A stretch of 64,000 nucleotides of DNA from Planctomycetota bacterium (GCA_965228735.1 OZ245838.1:2240001-2304000), one strand, 5' to 3'. Counted from the stretch's first letter, positions 28,072 to 38,689 are shown. Translations and numbers: made by a program. Notes: a model not told the origin generated them from the letters alone.

Positions 28072-28914
28072 TCAGTCGCGACGCTCCCGCAGGCGAAACG
28101 CGAACGCGCAGGTCACCACGTCCCCGACCTTCTGCGGCTTCCCCTGCAGATCCAACGCGACCAGCCGCAGTGGGCCGTCCTCACGGCTCGCGATCGCCGC
28201 GAGCTCGGCGTGCAGGGCCTTGCGCTGGTTCTCGGCGTTGGTCGCGCCGAGTCGATACGTGATCTGGAAGGCCGGTGCCGCAAACGTGTTGAGCGAGATC
28301 CGGACCACCTCCCGTTCCTCGCGTTCGTTGGCGATCCTGATGAGCTCAGCGACCGCGTCAGCGACCCGCGCCAGCTCGTGGTACTCGACGTCGCGCCCTT
28401 TGCGCGCCTGCCGAAACCCGACCTGGAACTCCGCCGCCGACCACTTGCCGTCGTCGTCGCCGCGCTCCAGAACGAGCTGTCGAACGCGCCAGATCTTGGA
28501 CCGGTCGAACGCCCGCACGAGTTCGAGCAACAGTTCGCTCGCGAGGCGGCGTGGCTCGCGCTCGTGCCGGAAGTTCAACGTGCACTTCACGTCTTCCAGC
28601 ACTTCGGCGGCCGGGTCCTTCGAAGGCACCGGACGAGCAGGCTTCGCTCCAGGCCGCTTCTTCTCTGGCAGCTTCTTCTTTGGCAGGTTCGTGTCTGGCA
28701 GGTTCGTCGCGGGCACGGGCACCCGGCGCGGGCCGCGAATGCTGAAGTCGGCGCCCTTGGCACCTCGGTCATGATTCGCGAGCACTGCCAGCACCGTCGC
28801 GCCGATCATGGTCCGCGGCTGGCGCTCACGCGCGGGAACTTCACCGCTCGGGATCCCCTGGCCCGGCAGGCCAGCCGCGACCGAGAACGCGAGCACGACG
28901 AAGCGGTGGCGCAT
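28072..28914 (-). CDS. Secreted hypothetical protein
   Basis: Signal-like [19 protein letters not shown], Lys/Pro-rich linker and globular C-terminal half; divergent from the sulfatase without overlap. Confidence 0.65.
   Translation of the reverse strand: MRHRFVVLAFSVAAGLPGQGIPSGEVPARERQPRTMIGATVLAVLANHDRGAKGADFSIRGPRRVPVPATNLPDTNLPKKKLPEKKRPGAKPARPVPSKDPAAEVLEDVKCTLNFRHEREPRRLASELLLELVRAFDRSKIWRVRQLVLERGDDDGKWSAAEFQVGFRQARKGRDVEYHELARVADAVAELIRIANEREEREVVRISLNTFAAPAFQITYRLGATNAENQRKALHAELAAIASREDGPLRLVALDLQGKPQKVGDVVTCAFAFRLRERRD
28656..28715. repeat. Degenerate 15-bp tandem repeat x4, in-frame, encoding the Lys/Pro-rich linker
   Basis: gcttcttctctggca / gcttcttctttggca / ggttcgtgtctggca / ggttcgtcgcgggca. 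Confidence 0.7.
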
Positions 28915-29002
28915 CGCTGTAATCGACAGCAACGGGCACCGCGGTATTCCGCGAATCCCGGAATCGCGACCTCGAAGGCGACAACCCCACCCTCGAGGCC
29001 AC

Positions 29003-30454
29003 ATGATCCGGACCGTGTTCCCTCGCCTCCGGCGTCTCGTCCTCACCGCCTCGCTCGGCATCAGTGCGTTGCTGCTCGCGTGCAGCAGCGCGCCCCAGCG
29101 GCGCGAGCGTCCGAACGTCCTGCTGATCTGCGTCGACGACCTGCGACCCGAGCTCGCGTGCTTCGGCGTGCCCTACGTCCGGTCGCCCAACATCGATCGA
29201 CTCGCGGCTGCGGGACGCGCATTTCGACGGCACTACGTGCAGGCGCCGACCTGCGGCGCGTCGCGCGCGAGCCTGCTGACGGGTCGCTATCTCGGCGGCG
29301 GCAACGGCGCACTCTTCCGCCGCGCGAAACAGCTGCAGCAGAAGCCCGATGCCGTGCCGCCGAGCCTGCCCGCGTGGTTCCGCCGCGCGGGCTACACGAC
29401 CGTGTCGGTCGGCAAGGTCTCGCACCACCCCGGCGGCCGCGGCGGCAAGGACTGGAACGACGACGCGCAGCTCGAGATGCCCGATTCGTGGGACCGGCAC
29501 CTGTTGCCCGCCGGCCCATGGCAGCATCCGCGCGGCTGGATGCACGGCCTCGCCAACGGCGAGATCCGAGAACGCGCGGGCGACATGGACGTGCTGCAGG
29601 CGGTAGACGGCCCGGACTCGATCTACCCCGACGGCATCAGCGTCGACCGCGCGCTCGCCGAACTCGACGAGCTCGCGGCAGCGGACGAACCGTTCTTCCT
29701 CGCCGTCGGCATCCTGCGGCCGCACCTGCCGTTCGGCGCGCCAGCGAAGTACCTCGCGCCATACGCGGACATCGAGTTGCCAGCCATCCCGCACCCGGAC
29801 AAGCCCGAGGGCAAGACGACGTGGCACCGATCCGGCGAGTTCATGAAGTACAACCGCTGGGGCAAGGACCCCAACGAGAACGCGGAGTTCGCCGACGAGG
29901 TCCGCCGCCACTACGCGGCGTGCGTCTCGTACGCGGACGCGCAGGTCGGTCGCGTTCTGCAGAAGCTGCAGGCCACCGGCCGCGCCGACGACACGATCGT
30001 CGTGCTGTGGGGCGATCACGGCTGGCACCTCGGCGAACACGCGGTGTGGGGCAAGCACACCCTCTTCGAGGAGTCGCTGCGGTCGCCGCTCATCATCACG
30101 CATGCCGACCTGCCGTCGCCAGGCGCCGCGACCGACGCCGTGGTCGAAACGCTCGACCTGTTCCCGACGCTCTGCGAACTGGCCGACCTGCCGATCCCCG
30201 ACTTCGTCGACGGCAGCTCCCTCGGCCCGTTCCTCGCCGACCCGAACGGCATTGGCCACCCCGCGATCGCCTACCACGGCGGCGCCCGCACGATCCGCAC
30301 CGCCACCCACCGACTCATCGTCCACGAGTCGGGCACGACCGAGCTCTACGACCACACGACCGCGGCCGGCGAAACGCAGAACGTCGCCGCCGCGAACCCA
30401 GGCCTGGTGGCCGAGCTCACGGCGACGATGCAGACCCGCCTCACGCGCAGGTAG
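29003..30454 (+). CDS. Sulfatase (iduronate-2-sulfatase-like), lipoprotein
   Basis: [13 protein letters not shown], Cys-type signature [34 protein letters not shown]; lipobox LLLA-C. Confidence 0.93.
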   Translation: MIRTVFPRLRRLVLTASLGISALLLACSSAPQRRERPNVLLICVDDLRPELACFGVPYVRSPNIDRLAAAGRAFRRHYVQAPTCGASRASLLTGRYLGGGNGALFRRAKQLQQKPDAVPPSLPAWFRRAGYTTVSVGKVSHHPGGRGGKDWNDDAQLEMPDSWDRHLLPAGPWQHPRGWMHGLANGEIRERAGDMDVLQAVDGPDSIYPDGISVDRALAELDELAAADEPFFLAVGILRPHLPFGAPAKYLAPYADIELPAIPHPDKPEGKTTWHRSGEFMKYNRWGKDPNENAEFADEVRRHYAACVSYADAQVGRVLQKLQATGRADDTIVVLWGDHGWHLGEHAVWGKHTLFEESLRSPLIITHADLPSPGAATDAVVETLDLFPTLCELADLPIPDFVDGSSLGPFLADPNGIGHPAIAYHGGARTIRTATHRLIVHESGTTELYDHTTAAGETQNVAAANPGLVAELTATMQTRLTRR

Positions 30455-30463
30455 CAGCGGCTG

Positions 30464-32986
30464 CTACAGGTTGCCAATCGTGCCGACGACGCCGTTGCTG
30501 GCCGCGAGGCCGTAGGCGTTGATGCCGGGCACGAGCGCGCCGCCCTGGGCGTAGATCGACAGACCGATGAAGGACGGGCTCGCCGGGATCTGGAGGCTGA
30601 ACACCGGGCTCGGCAGCGGCAGGAACGCGAGGATGCTCGCGGCGCCATCCGTGTATGCGGTGCACCCCGGCGCGTTCGCGCCGAGCGGACGGTCCGGGTT
30701 GGTCACATCGAGCTGGACGAAGCCGAACACGGCCCCGCCCGGCAGACCGGTGAGATCGAGATCCCATACCGTGCAGCTGACGGGTCGGTTGAGCGGCTCG
30801 AGCATCGGGCCGTTGCAGCCCGCGCCGAACGTCATCGCGGTCGCCGGGGTCTGACCCGTCGCGGGGCGGTTGGTCAGGTAGAGCAACGTGAACTGCGCGT
30901 CGGCCGGATTGCCGCTGCTGTCGAACGTGTTCACGTAGACCTGCGTGCCGCTCGCGAGACCCTGGCCGTTCCAGTAATCGACGGCCGCGTATTCCGACCC
31001 ACCGCCGTACGGCGTGACCTGGACCGTCGTGCTCTGGAAGGCCACGAGGTCGGGCAGCTCGACGCGGTAAACACCCGTCGAGACCCGTTCGATGAGCTCC
31101 TGGTTCGCCGGGCCGACGGTGCCGTTGCTGTCGGTGTAGTCCGGCGCCGGCGTGTAGCTCGCGGCCATTGGCGAACCCGCCCACACGTGCCCGCCGGAGC
31201 CGACGGTGTCACCGACCGGCGCGGCCTTCTCGTTGTAGCTGAGCACGAACTGTCCGTCCGCGGGGTTGCCGCTCGCATCGTAGAGCACCAACTCGGCGTA
31301 GGCATCGTCACCGCTGTTGTCCCAACCGACGACGGAAGCGCGACGGAGCTCGTCGCCGTACGGCGTCACCTGAACGTGGCCGAACTCCGGTCCCGCGGCC
31401 GCGAGCCCCGGAAGAGTCACGATGTAGTTGCCGAGGCCGGCGCGCACGATCGTCGGGCTGCCGCGGTCGGCGTTCCACGAGTAGGCCGGCGCGGGCGTGT
31501 AGCTCGGATTGGCCGGGTAGTTCGCCCACAGGTAGGCCTCACGGTTCTGGTTGTTGCCGCCGCGACGGAAGCGGACCAGGAACGCCTTGTCGTTGACCGG
31601 ATTGCCCGCGGCATCGTAGAGCTCGACGGTCGCCCGCACGTCATCACCGATCGCGTTCCAGCTTCGCACGACCGCGGTGTGGTTGCCGTTGTAGGCGCAC
31701 GCGTGCACCGCGCCGTACTTCGGCGCCATGCCAGGGAAGTTGACGACGAAACGGTTCGAGAACCCGGGAACGCGGTCGACGGTGATCGCCTCACCCGATG
31801 TCGTGAACTGGTAGTTCATGCCCGGGGTGAAGCTGGCACCCTGGCCCACCGGCACAACGTGCGCCCACGCCACGGCCTGCGAGACTGCCGGGCGATTCGT
31901 GAGGTACCGCAGCACGAAGCGCTCGTCCGCCAGGTTGCCGGCGGGATCGAACGTGTGCACGCGCACGGTCGTGCCGTTGCAGCCGTCATCGCCCCAGCGA
32001 CCGATCGACGCATAGCGATCCGTGTTGCCGAAGGCCGTCACGGTCGCGATCGACAGGTTGTCGGGCACGAGACTCTTGAGCGTGACATCGTACACCCCGA
32101 CCGCGAGGCGCTCGATCACCTGCGAGTCGTTGCGGCTGTAGGTCCCGTTGCTGTCCGTCCAGCGGCCGTCCGGTACGTAGGTCGGCGCGGTCGAATCATG
32201 CGCATAGACGTGCGCACCCGAGCCGTCGAGCTCGGAGATCTCGCTCGCCGACTCGGTGTAGGTCAGGACGAAGCGGCCGTCGACGGCCGTGCCGGCACTG
32301 TCGCGACAGCGGACCGTCGCCACGACGTCACCACCGACGTGGCCCCAACCGACGACGGTCGTTCGCAGCAGGCTCGACGCGTACGACGTCGCCTGCACGT
32401 GGCCCTGCTCGGCACCAGGCGCCGCCGCGAGCCCCGGGAGTGTGACTTCGTAGGCGCCGACGTTGATGCGATTGATCGTCGGATTCGGCCGGTTGCCGTT
32501 CCACGAGTACGCCGTCGACGGCGTGTACGACGAGCTGGTGGGATCGTTGGCCCAGAGGTAGGCCTGCCGCTGGGTGTCCTCCCCGCCGCGGCGGTAGTAG
32601 ATCGTGAACCGACCGTTGTTGGCGGGCCCACCCGCCGGGTCGAACAGCTCGACATAGGTGACGACGTCGTTGCCGACCGTGGTCCAGTTGTTCACGACCG
32701 CCGTGTGATTGCCGTCGTAGGCGCAGGCCTGCACGACGCCGGCGCTCGGCGCCATGTCCGTGAGCACGACGCGGAAGCGGTTCTGCTGCCCCGGGAAGCG
32801 CTCGACCGTGATCGGCGACCCGCTCGCGGTGTACTGGTAGTCCATGCTCGGGATGAACATCGCGCCCTCGCCGACCGGGTCGACGTAGGCCCACGCGACA
32901 TCCTGCGCCGCGAGCGAACTGATGGAGGAGACGGCCGCCGCAGCGACCAGGAAGCCGGTACGGACCGGTGCAAGGAGAAGATTCAT
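30464..32986 (-). CDS. Secreted protein with six ~115 aa repeats and the conserved C-terminal domain (paralog 2)
   Basis: Colinear with 25423-27948 along its length (both mature proteins start QDVAWAYVDPVGEGA). Confidence 0.85.
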   Translation of the reverse strand: MNLLLAPVRTGFLVAAAAVSSISSLAAQDVAWAYVDPVGEGAMFIPSMDYQYTASGSPITVERFPGQQNRFRVVLTDMAPSAGVVQACAYDGNHTAVVNNWTTVGNDVVTYVELFDPAGGPANNGRFTIYYRRGGEDTQRQAYLWANDPTSSSYTPSTAYSWNGNRPNPTINRINVGAYEVTLPGLAAAPGAEQGHVQATSYASSLLRTTVVGWGHVGGDVVATVRCRDSAGTAVDGRFVLTYTESASEISELDGSGAHVYAHDSTAPTYVPDGRWTDSNGTYSRNDSQVIERLAVGVYDVTLKSLVPDNLSIATVTAFGNTDRYASIGRWGDDGCNGTTVRVHTFDPAGNLADERFVLRYLTNRPAVSQAVAWAHVVPVGQGASFTPGMNYQFTTSGEAITVDRVPGFSNRFVVNFPGMAPKYGAVHACAYNGNHTAVVRSWNAIGDDVRATVELYDAAGNPVNDKAFLVRFRRGGNNQNREAYLWANYPANPSYTPAPAYSWNADRGSPTIVRAGLGNYIVTLPGLAAAGPEFGHVQVTPYGDELRRASVVGWDNSGDDAYAELVLYDASGNPADGQFVLSYNEKAAPVGDTVGSGGHVWAGSPMAASYTPAPDYTDSNGTVGPANQELIERVSTGVYRVELPDLVAFQSTTVQVTPYGGGSEYAAVDYWNGQGLASGTQVYVNTFDSSGNPADAQFTLLYLTNRPATGQTPATAMTFGAGCNGPMLEPLNRPVSCTVWDLDLTGLPGGAVFGFVQLDVTNPDRPLGANAPGCTAYTDGAASILAFLPLPSPVFSLQIPASPSFIGLSIYAQGGALVPGINAYGLAASNGVVGTIGNL

Positions 32987-33118
32987 GACGATCGAGAAGC
33001 GGTTCGTGGGGACTGTTCGCAGGAGCGGCCAAGACCCTCGGCCCTGACCCCTCTCACGAGCGCCACGCCCACCCCGATGCGGACACCCATCTAGAGTGGC
33101 CTGTCGCCGAACGTCGTC

Positions 33119-34570
33119 TCAGCGCGAAAGCCGCGACCACAACGCGTGGTCCGCGTCGCCCGGCTTGCGCAGGTACCGCAGCCCCGCCGCGAACATCCGA
33201 CACGCGGTGTCGGGATCGGCGGCCGCCACCTCCGCGAGCAGCGCGGCGGCGAACTTGTAGTCGTGGTGCTCGTGCACCTTGCGCACGAGCCAGCGGCGCG
33301 CCATGCGGCCGTACTCTTCGAGGCGCTCGGCCCCGGCGGCCAGCACCGCCGACGCAGCGGCTTCGTGATCTCGTGCCGCGAGCTCGAACGGGTCGGCGAC
33401 GGCTGCCCCCGCCGGTTCGATGCGATCGAGTCCCGGCGCGTCGGCGCCGTAGCCGGACCGGCCCGCGAGGAAGTCGCGATACAGCACCTGCCACGACGCG
33501 GCCTGCAGCATCGCCATCGCGCGTGTTTCCGGCTGCCGCGCCCGCGCCGCCGTGTAGCGGAACGCGTCGATCGAAGTCACGGCGTGGACCGAGAGGATCC
33601 CCGGCAGGCGCCAGACCTGCTCCGCGGCGAACAGCCGCAGCGTGTTCCAGAAGATCCCCGGATCGAGTCCATCCACGATCCGGTCGAGCACCGCCGCGGC
33701 GACCCGGTCCGGGTCGGCGCCACGCAGCAGCTCGAGCAACGCGGCATCGGGACCCGCGGTCGAACGCGACGCTTCGGGGGCGCGATCCGGCATCGCCTTG
33801 GCCAGGGCCTTCGCCCGTTCACCGTTGCTCCGGAACGTCGCATCCGCATCGGCCGCGGGTTCGTCGAGCAGGCCGTGCGCGAGCGACCGCATGACGTCGG
33901 TGCCGTGCCGCCAGCCGATCTGCTGCAGCGTGCGATGCGATTGCGCGACGAAGATCGGATGGTGCCCGATGTTGGTGAAGTCGCGCATCCCGAACCACCA
34001 GAGCGGCTCGAATGCCGCGTCGAGGTCGGCACACTGAGCCAGCTGGACGGCGGCGGCGTCGGCGGCCGCGCCGTCGCGCTCCGACAGTGCGCCAGCAAAG
34101 CGTTCGATCGCGGCGACCGGATCAGCGGCCGGCTCGACCTTCGACGCTTCGAGCTGCCAATCCTCGCCGCCACGCGCGTCACGCGCCTGCGATTGCTTGA
34201 AGTCGTCGAGGTTGTAGAGCGCGACGGCCAGGCGCTCGTTCGCGGGCAGCCGGGCCGCGATCTGATACGCCGAACTCGTCATCATCACGCAGTGGAACTG
34301 GAAACCGACCGGCCGCGGTTCGACGTCGCGGATTCCCGCGAGGAACGCGGCCGCGAGCAGGTCACGCCAGTCGACGCCGTTCTGATGGAGCGCCAGTGCG
34401 CGATCGAGCAACTCGGCGCGCTTCATCGCGCGAACGAGCGCCACGAGCTCATCGAGCCCATGGCCATCGAGTCGCGTGATCCCGCTCGAGCCACCCGTTC
34501 CGCCAGGTCGGCCGGCGAGGAAGCCGGCGCTCATCCCACCGAGAAACGAACGACGATCACAGCCAGACAT
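33119..34570 (-). CDS. Tat-exported helical protein with several His motifs (possibly questin-oxidase-like fold)
   Basis: MSGCDRRSFLGG twin-arginine signal; motifs FQFHCVMM, IGHHPIF, VHAVTS, EHHDYKF. Confidence 0.7.
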   Translation of the reverse strand: MSGCDRRSFLGGMSAGFLAGRPGGTGGSSGITRLDGHGLDELVALVRAMKRAELLDRALALHQNGVDWRDLLAAAFLAGIRDVEPRPVGFQFHCVMMTSSAYQIAARLPANERLAVALYNLDDFKQSQARDARGGEDWQLEASKVEPAADPVAAIERFAGALSERDGAAADAAAVQLAQCADLDAAFEPLWWFGMRDFTNIGHHPIFVAQSHRTLQQIGWRHGTDVMRSLAHGLLDEPAADADATFRSNGERAKALAKAMPDRAPEASRSTAGPDAALLELLRGADPDRVAAAVLDRIVDGLDPGIFWNTLRLFAAEQVWRLPGILSVHAVTSIDAFRYTAARARQPETRAMAMLQAASWQVLYRDFLAGRSGYGADAPGLDRIEPAGAAVADPFELAARDHEAAASAVLAAGAERLEEYGRMARRWLVRKVHEHHDYKFAAALLAEVAAADPDTACRMFAAGLRYLRKPGDADHALWSRLSR

Positions 34571-34687
34571 GCGAAACTCCTTGGCGTTGCGGGGTTGCCC
34601 GTCGACGAGACACCCAGCTTCGCACATTCGCGAAAGCGCCGCACGCCACAGGGCCGCTTTGCACGCCGCCCAGGAAACGCTCCCTTG

Positions 34688-35113
34688 TCACCAGAGCGAG
34701 ATCTGTCGCCCTTGTTGCGCGGGCCGGACGATCCAGGCGCCTGTGTTCGGCTCATGGTGCAGCGCGAACGCGTCGACGTGGAATCGAAACGGCAAGAGAG
34801 CCGATGGAACCGCAAGCGTCGCGGTCGACACGATCGGCACGATCACATCTGGCGACTGAAACAACAAACACGCCGGCGGCACCAGCGGGTAGCCGACGCG
34901 TTGCCAGTTCGTACTGAGCGCCAGCCACTGGCCATGGGCCAAGAACGGGTTGTAGCTGAACAGCAGTTCGCAGGTGCCCGGCAGGTAGCCGACCCCCAGC
35001 ACTGCCCCGCCATTGCATGGCGTGCCGCTCGGAGTCACGAAGATCCCCTGCACGCTGCACTGCGCGGTGAGCGAGCCAACGAACAGAGCCGCGAGTGAAG
35101 CGGTGCGAAGCAT
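34688..35113 (-). CDS. Small secreted protein resembling a stand-alone copy of the shared C-terminal domain
   Basis: MLRTASLAALFVGSLTA-Q signal; GTPCNG...PACLL...ATLAVP motifs. Confidence 0.6.
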   Translation of the reverse strand: MLRTASLAALFVGSLTAQCSVQGIFVTPSGTPCNGGAVLGVGYLPGTCELLFSYNPFLAHGQWLALSTNWQRVGYPLVPPACLLFQSPDVIVPIVSTATLAVPSALLPFRFHVDAFALHHEPNTGAWIVRPAQQGRQISLW

Positions 35114-35218
35114 TGTGAGATCGTCCGTCACATCACCCTCACGGGCAAGCCAATCGCTGGCCGACGCAGCGAGGGTCTAACCTTCGGCGAACTGCGAGTT
35201 CGACAAACTGCCGCGCAC

Positions 35219-35548
35219 CTACGAATCGGACATGTCGATCGAACGCGACAGGAAGTCGAGCTCGTGGATCCGTTCGGCGGCCTCGAGAACTGCGTCGAGT
35301 GGACCACGCACCCAGAGCGTGTTCGTGCGCGGCTCGGCGTGGATCGATACCGGCCCCCGCCCGACGAAGCGGCCATAGCCGCGGGCGCAGTAGACCCCGA
35401 ACACGACGACATCGAGGATCCACTCGACTTCGTCGACGTGCACGAAACGCAGCGGGATCGACAGTTCGTACTCCTCGATGGCCGGCGCCGCCCCGCAACC
35501 GGATGCCACGGCCACCGCAATCAGGGCAAAGTTCCGGACGCGGCTCAT
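35219..35548 (-). CDS. Small lipoprotein with a single secretin N-terminal (NolW-like) domain
   Basis: Lipobox VASG-C; IPLRFVHVDEV...IHAEPRTNTLWVRGPLDAVLEAAERIHELD matches the Secretin_N pattern. Confidence 0.7.
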   Translation of the reverse strand: MSRVRNFALIAVAVASGCGAAPAIEEYELSIPLRFVHVDEVEWILDVVVFGVYCARGYGRFVGRGPVSIHAEPRTNTLWVRGPLDAVLEAAERIHELDFLSRSIDMSDS

Positions 35549-35609
35549 CGCCGGTTCGACGGGCGAGAGCGCCCGATCTTGCGCCCTCGCCGCCGCAACC
35601 AGAGGCCGG

Positions 35610-36887
35610 CTACCCGCCGATCACGATGCGCGCGGCCGACGTCGCCATCGAGCCCCCCGTCGTGACATCGAGCAGCGCGCCCTGCACGTAGATGCAGACG
35701 CCGTTCAGCGGCGTGTTCGGGATGGCGAACGGGAACGACACCGGGTTGCCCGGTCCGGTCCACGGCGACGTCGAGATCAGCGTCGCGCCGGGCGGGATGC
35801 CGATGAGCAGGTTGCCGGTGACGCCCGGCAGCGGCGTGCCGCACGGCAGGTTCGGATCACCCGTGAGGCTGAACGCGACGCCGGCGACCGACTGCCCCGG
35901 CGTCGTGACCGGCGGGTTGGGACCGTCGACGTCGATCGTCAGCGCGCTGCCGAGCACGGGTGAGCCGGCGACCGCGAGCGTGCCAGCGAGCGACGTCGTG
36001 CAACCCGGGATGTCATCGACGCTGCCGGCTGCGAGGACCGCGACGTTGTCGAACGCGAGCACGTTCCCGGCGACCGTGCCGCCGGCGAAGAACCGGAAGC
36101 CCGTCGGACTCGCGGCTCCCGCGCTGCCCCCCTCGAGGTAGCGATCCACGGGGTTGAACGTCGTCGTCACGGGAATCGCCGACGACAGGTCGGTGATGCG
36201 AACCTCGAGCACCTGATTGTTCGTGAGATCGACGTCGGTCTCCCAGCGATACCACGAATCGACCAGGAGGTTCTGGAACGCGGGATCCCCCACCGACTCG
36301 GTGAGCTGCGTGCCCGCCGAGTCGAACCAGATGTAGTCCGCGTTCCAGGTGGCCGCCGTCGCGGTGTCCGTCCAACGCGCGAGCATGATGAAGCTCTGCC
36401 CGCCGGGGAACGGTTGCGCCGAGAGGCTGCCGAGGTTCTGCGCGGTCGGCAGCGTGCCGACGAACTTGGCGCAGATGTCCGTGGCGAACGTCCACACGCC
36501 TCGGTCACAGCCGTACGGCATGTCACGCTGCGCGCGCGCGAACGTCGGGCTCGCCGGCCCCTCGCCGACGATGAAGATCGCGCCGCCGTTCGGGTTGTCC
36601 GGAATGCCGTAGTCGTTGAGGCCCGGCAACGGCGCGCCGCCCGTGTAGAACTGGGCATTGAACGGCGCGCTCGTCGTGTTGGCCGGCAGGTAGTAGCCGT
36701 CCTGCCCCGGGGTGCCGGCAACGGCCGACGGATCCCAGAGCGCGGGGGCGAACGGCGTCGTCGGGCTCGCCGTGACTTCGAGCGCTTCGAAGTCCGAACC
36801 GTACTGGGCCGTCAGCGCGGCGGTCGAACCGAGCGTGGCAACGACGATGAGGGAGAGGGAACGAGACCGACCGAGCAGGCGTGGCAT
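35610..36887 (-). CDS. Secreted beta-sandwich protein with the conserved C-terminal domain
   Basis: Signal ending LTA-Q from ATG 36887 with GGAG RBS; SDFE...FDNV framing typical of jelly-roll domains; C-terminus IYVQG...TSAARIVIG. Confidence 0.75.
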   Translation of the reverse strand: MPRLLGRSRSLSLIVVATLGSTAALTAQYGSDFEALEVTASPTTPFAPALWDPSAVAGTPGQDGYYLPANTTSAPFNAQFYTGGAPLPGLNDYGIPDNPNGGAIFIVGEGPASPTFARAQRDMPYGCDRGVWTFATDICAKFVGTLPTAQNLGSLSAQPFPGGQSFIMLARWTDTATAATWNADYIWFDSAGTQLTESVGDPAFQNLLVDSWYRWETDVDLTNNQVLEVRITDLSSAIPVTTTFNPVDRYLEGGSAGAASPTGFRFFAGGTVAGNVLAFDNVAVLAAGSVDDIPGCTTSLAGTLAVAGSPVLGSALTIDVDGPNPPVTTPGQSVAGVAFSLTGDPNLPCGTPLPGVTGNLLIGIPPGATLISTSPWTGPGNPVSFPFAIPNTPLNGVCIYVQGALLDVTTGGSMATSAARIVIGG

Positions 36888-37224
36888 GGCAACTCCATCG
36901 CAGGTCCCCGCCCGACGACCGCCCGTCGAGACGATCCTCGCACGATAGAGGATCGCGGCACCACACACGACATTCTGCCCGATTGATCCGCGTTGCGGCC
37001 CGCCGTGGAAGGAAGGCAATGGGACCTCCGATCGCGGCATCAGGGGTGGACAGGCTCGCAGGGCGACCGCGAAGATCCGTCCCCGCGAACGAGTTGCCTC
37101 GGGAAGCCGCCACACCGGTGCCGACCCGCGCGAATCGGCGAGCGCTCCGCCGCCGCCCTCTCGCCCTCGCTTCGCGGCCACGCCACAACCAAGAATCCAC
37201 CCCCCTAGAGAGAATCCACGAACC

Positions 37225-38601
37225 ATGACCAGTCTCACGCTGTCCACCAGCGCGGTGCTCGCCCTCGCCGTCGCCGCCACCGCTCAGATCACCCCGCTCA
37301 GCTCGTTCGGCACGAACGGCTGGCTCGCCCCGGGCTCGTCGGCCTTCCTGAACAGCGCCGCGAGCACCGAGCGCGGCATGGCCTACAACCCCGCCACGGG
37401 CAATCTCGTGCTCGTGAGCCGCGCGGGCGGCAACAACGTGCGCATCATCGACGGCGCGACCGGCACGGACCTAGGCGGCCTCGACACGACCGGCGTCAGC
37501 GGCGGCACGTTCGCCGTCAACATGGCCGGCTGCGGCGATGACGGCGCGATCTACGTCGGCAACCTCGCGATCGGCGCGAACTTCAAGGTCTACAAGTGGA
37601 ACGACGAGACCCTCGCCGTCGCGCCCTCGACCGCGTTCGATGGCGCGACCGGCGCCAGCCGCGCGGGTGACTCGTTCGCCGTCTTCGGCGGCGCCACGGC
37701 GCGCTTCGCGGCCGCGGGCTCGAGCAACGCGCTCAACAGCAACTTCTACATCGGCCGCCTCGACGGCACGAACGGCGGCACGTTCTACTCGGCGATCACG
37801 GGCACCGGCACGGCGTCCAACGACTACCGCCTGTCGCTCACCTTCGTCGACGCGACGAACATCATCGGCAACCAGGGCGGCCTCGCGCGCTACACCAACT
37901 ACACCGGCGCGACGGCCACGGTCGTCGACTCGATCCCGCTCGGCGGCGCCGCGCAGCGCGCGCTCGACTACACGACGATCAACGGCACGCCCGTGCTCGC
38001 CGTCATCGACTCCAACTCGTCGAACGTGAGCGTGTTCGACATCACGGCACCCGCCACCCCGATCCTGATTGGTGTCGGCAACGCGACGACCGGCACGCTC
38101 GCGAGCAACGGCAACGGCTCGGGCAGCGTGCAGTGGGGCGCCGTCAACGGCAACACGGCGACGCTCTACGCGATGAACACCAACCAGGGCATCCAGGCGT
38201 TCGAAGTCACGATCGGCCAGGCTTCGTCGTCGAACTTCGGCACCGGCTGCGGCGCGCCGGCGTTCCAGCTCGACGCTAGCGCCGCCCCCGTGCTCGGCAC
38301 TTCGTTCGACCTCGTGACCTCGAACGGCGCGCCCGCCGCCGGGCTGCACTTCTACGTCCTCGGCTTCGTCAACTTCCCGGCTGGCCTGCCGCTGCCGTTC
38401 GGCGGTTCGGGCTGCTCGCAGTACATCGATCCGCTCGTCACCGTGGCGATCCCCGCGGCCGCCGGCTCGGCGACACTGTCGCAGAACTACCCGGCGAGCT
38501 CGATCTTCGTCGGCGTGCCGGTCTACGCCCAGGCGCTCGCCTTCGACGCGGGCGCGCTGTTCTCGACGAACGGCACCGAGCTGATCCTCGGTAACTACTA
38601 A
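37225..38601 (+). CDS. Secreted DUF4623-like beta-propeller protein with the conserved C-terminal domain
   Basis: Signal ending ATA-Q; ERGMAYNPATGNLVLVSR...GGTFAVN...DDGAIYVGNL; strong codon bias; C-terminus FGTGC...VYAQ...TNG. Confidence 0.8.
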   Translation: MTSLTLSTSAVLALAVAATAQITPLSSFGTNGWLAPGSSAFLNSAASTERGMAYNPATGNLVLVSRAGGNNVRIIDGATGTDLGGLDTTGVSGGTFAVNMAGCGDDGAIYVGNLAIGANFKVYKWNDETLAVAPSTAFDGATGASRAGDSFAVFGGATARFAAAGSSNALNSNFYIGRLDGTNGGTFYSAITGTGTASNDYRLSLTFVDATNIIGNQGGLARYTNYTGATATVVDSIPLGGAAQRALDYTTINGTPVLAVIDSNSSNVSVFDITAPATPILIGVGNATTGTLASNGNGSGSVQWGAVNGNTATLYAMNTNQGIQAFEVTIGQASSSNFGTGCGAPAFQLDASAAPVLGTSFDLVTSNGAPAAGLHFYVLGFVNFPAGLPLPFGGSGCSQYIDPLVTVAIPAAAGSATLSQNYPASSIFVGVPVYAQALAFDAGALFSTNGTELILGNY

Positions 38602-38639
38602 TCGTCGAGGGCGATCGCAAAAGGGGCTCGCCAACATCA

Positions 38640-38683
38640 GCGAGGCGGCAACGGCCGCCTCGCGCCCGCCCGCGGGCGGGCGC
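38640..38683. terminator. Two adjacent GC hairpins between convergent genes (possible bidirectional terminator)
   Basis: gcgaggcggc-aacg-gccgcctcgc (38640-38663) and perfect palindrome gcgcccgcccgcgggcgggcgc (38662-38683); no clear U-tract. Confidence 0.55.
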
Positions 38684-38689
38684 CGCCGG

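Noticed and set aside
25423..32986. Paralogs as direct repeats of a composite mobile element, or repeats as CRISPR/DGR
   Set aside because: Similarity is diverged and protein-level; no transposase, reverse transcriptase, cas gene or spacer pattern.
27949..33100. Weak similarity upstream of the two paralogs (gagcgcc...gcggac, gggactg)
   Set aside because: Short GC-rich matches with unequal spacing to the start codons, also explainable by the duplication itself.
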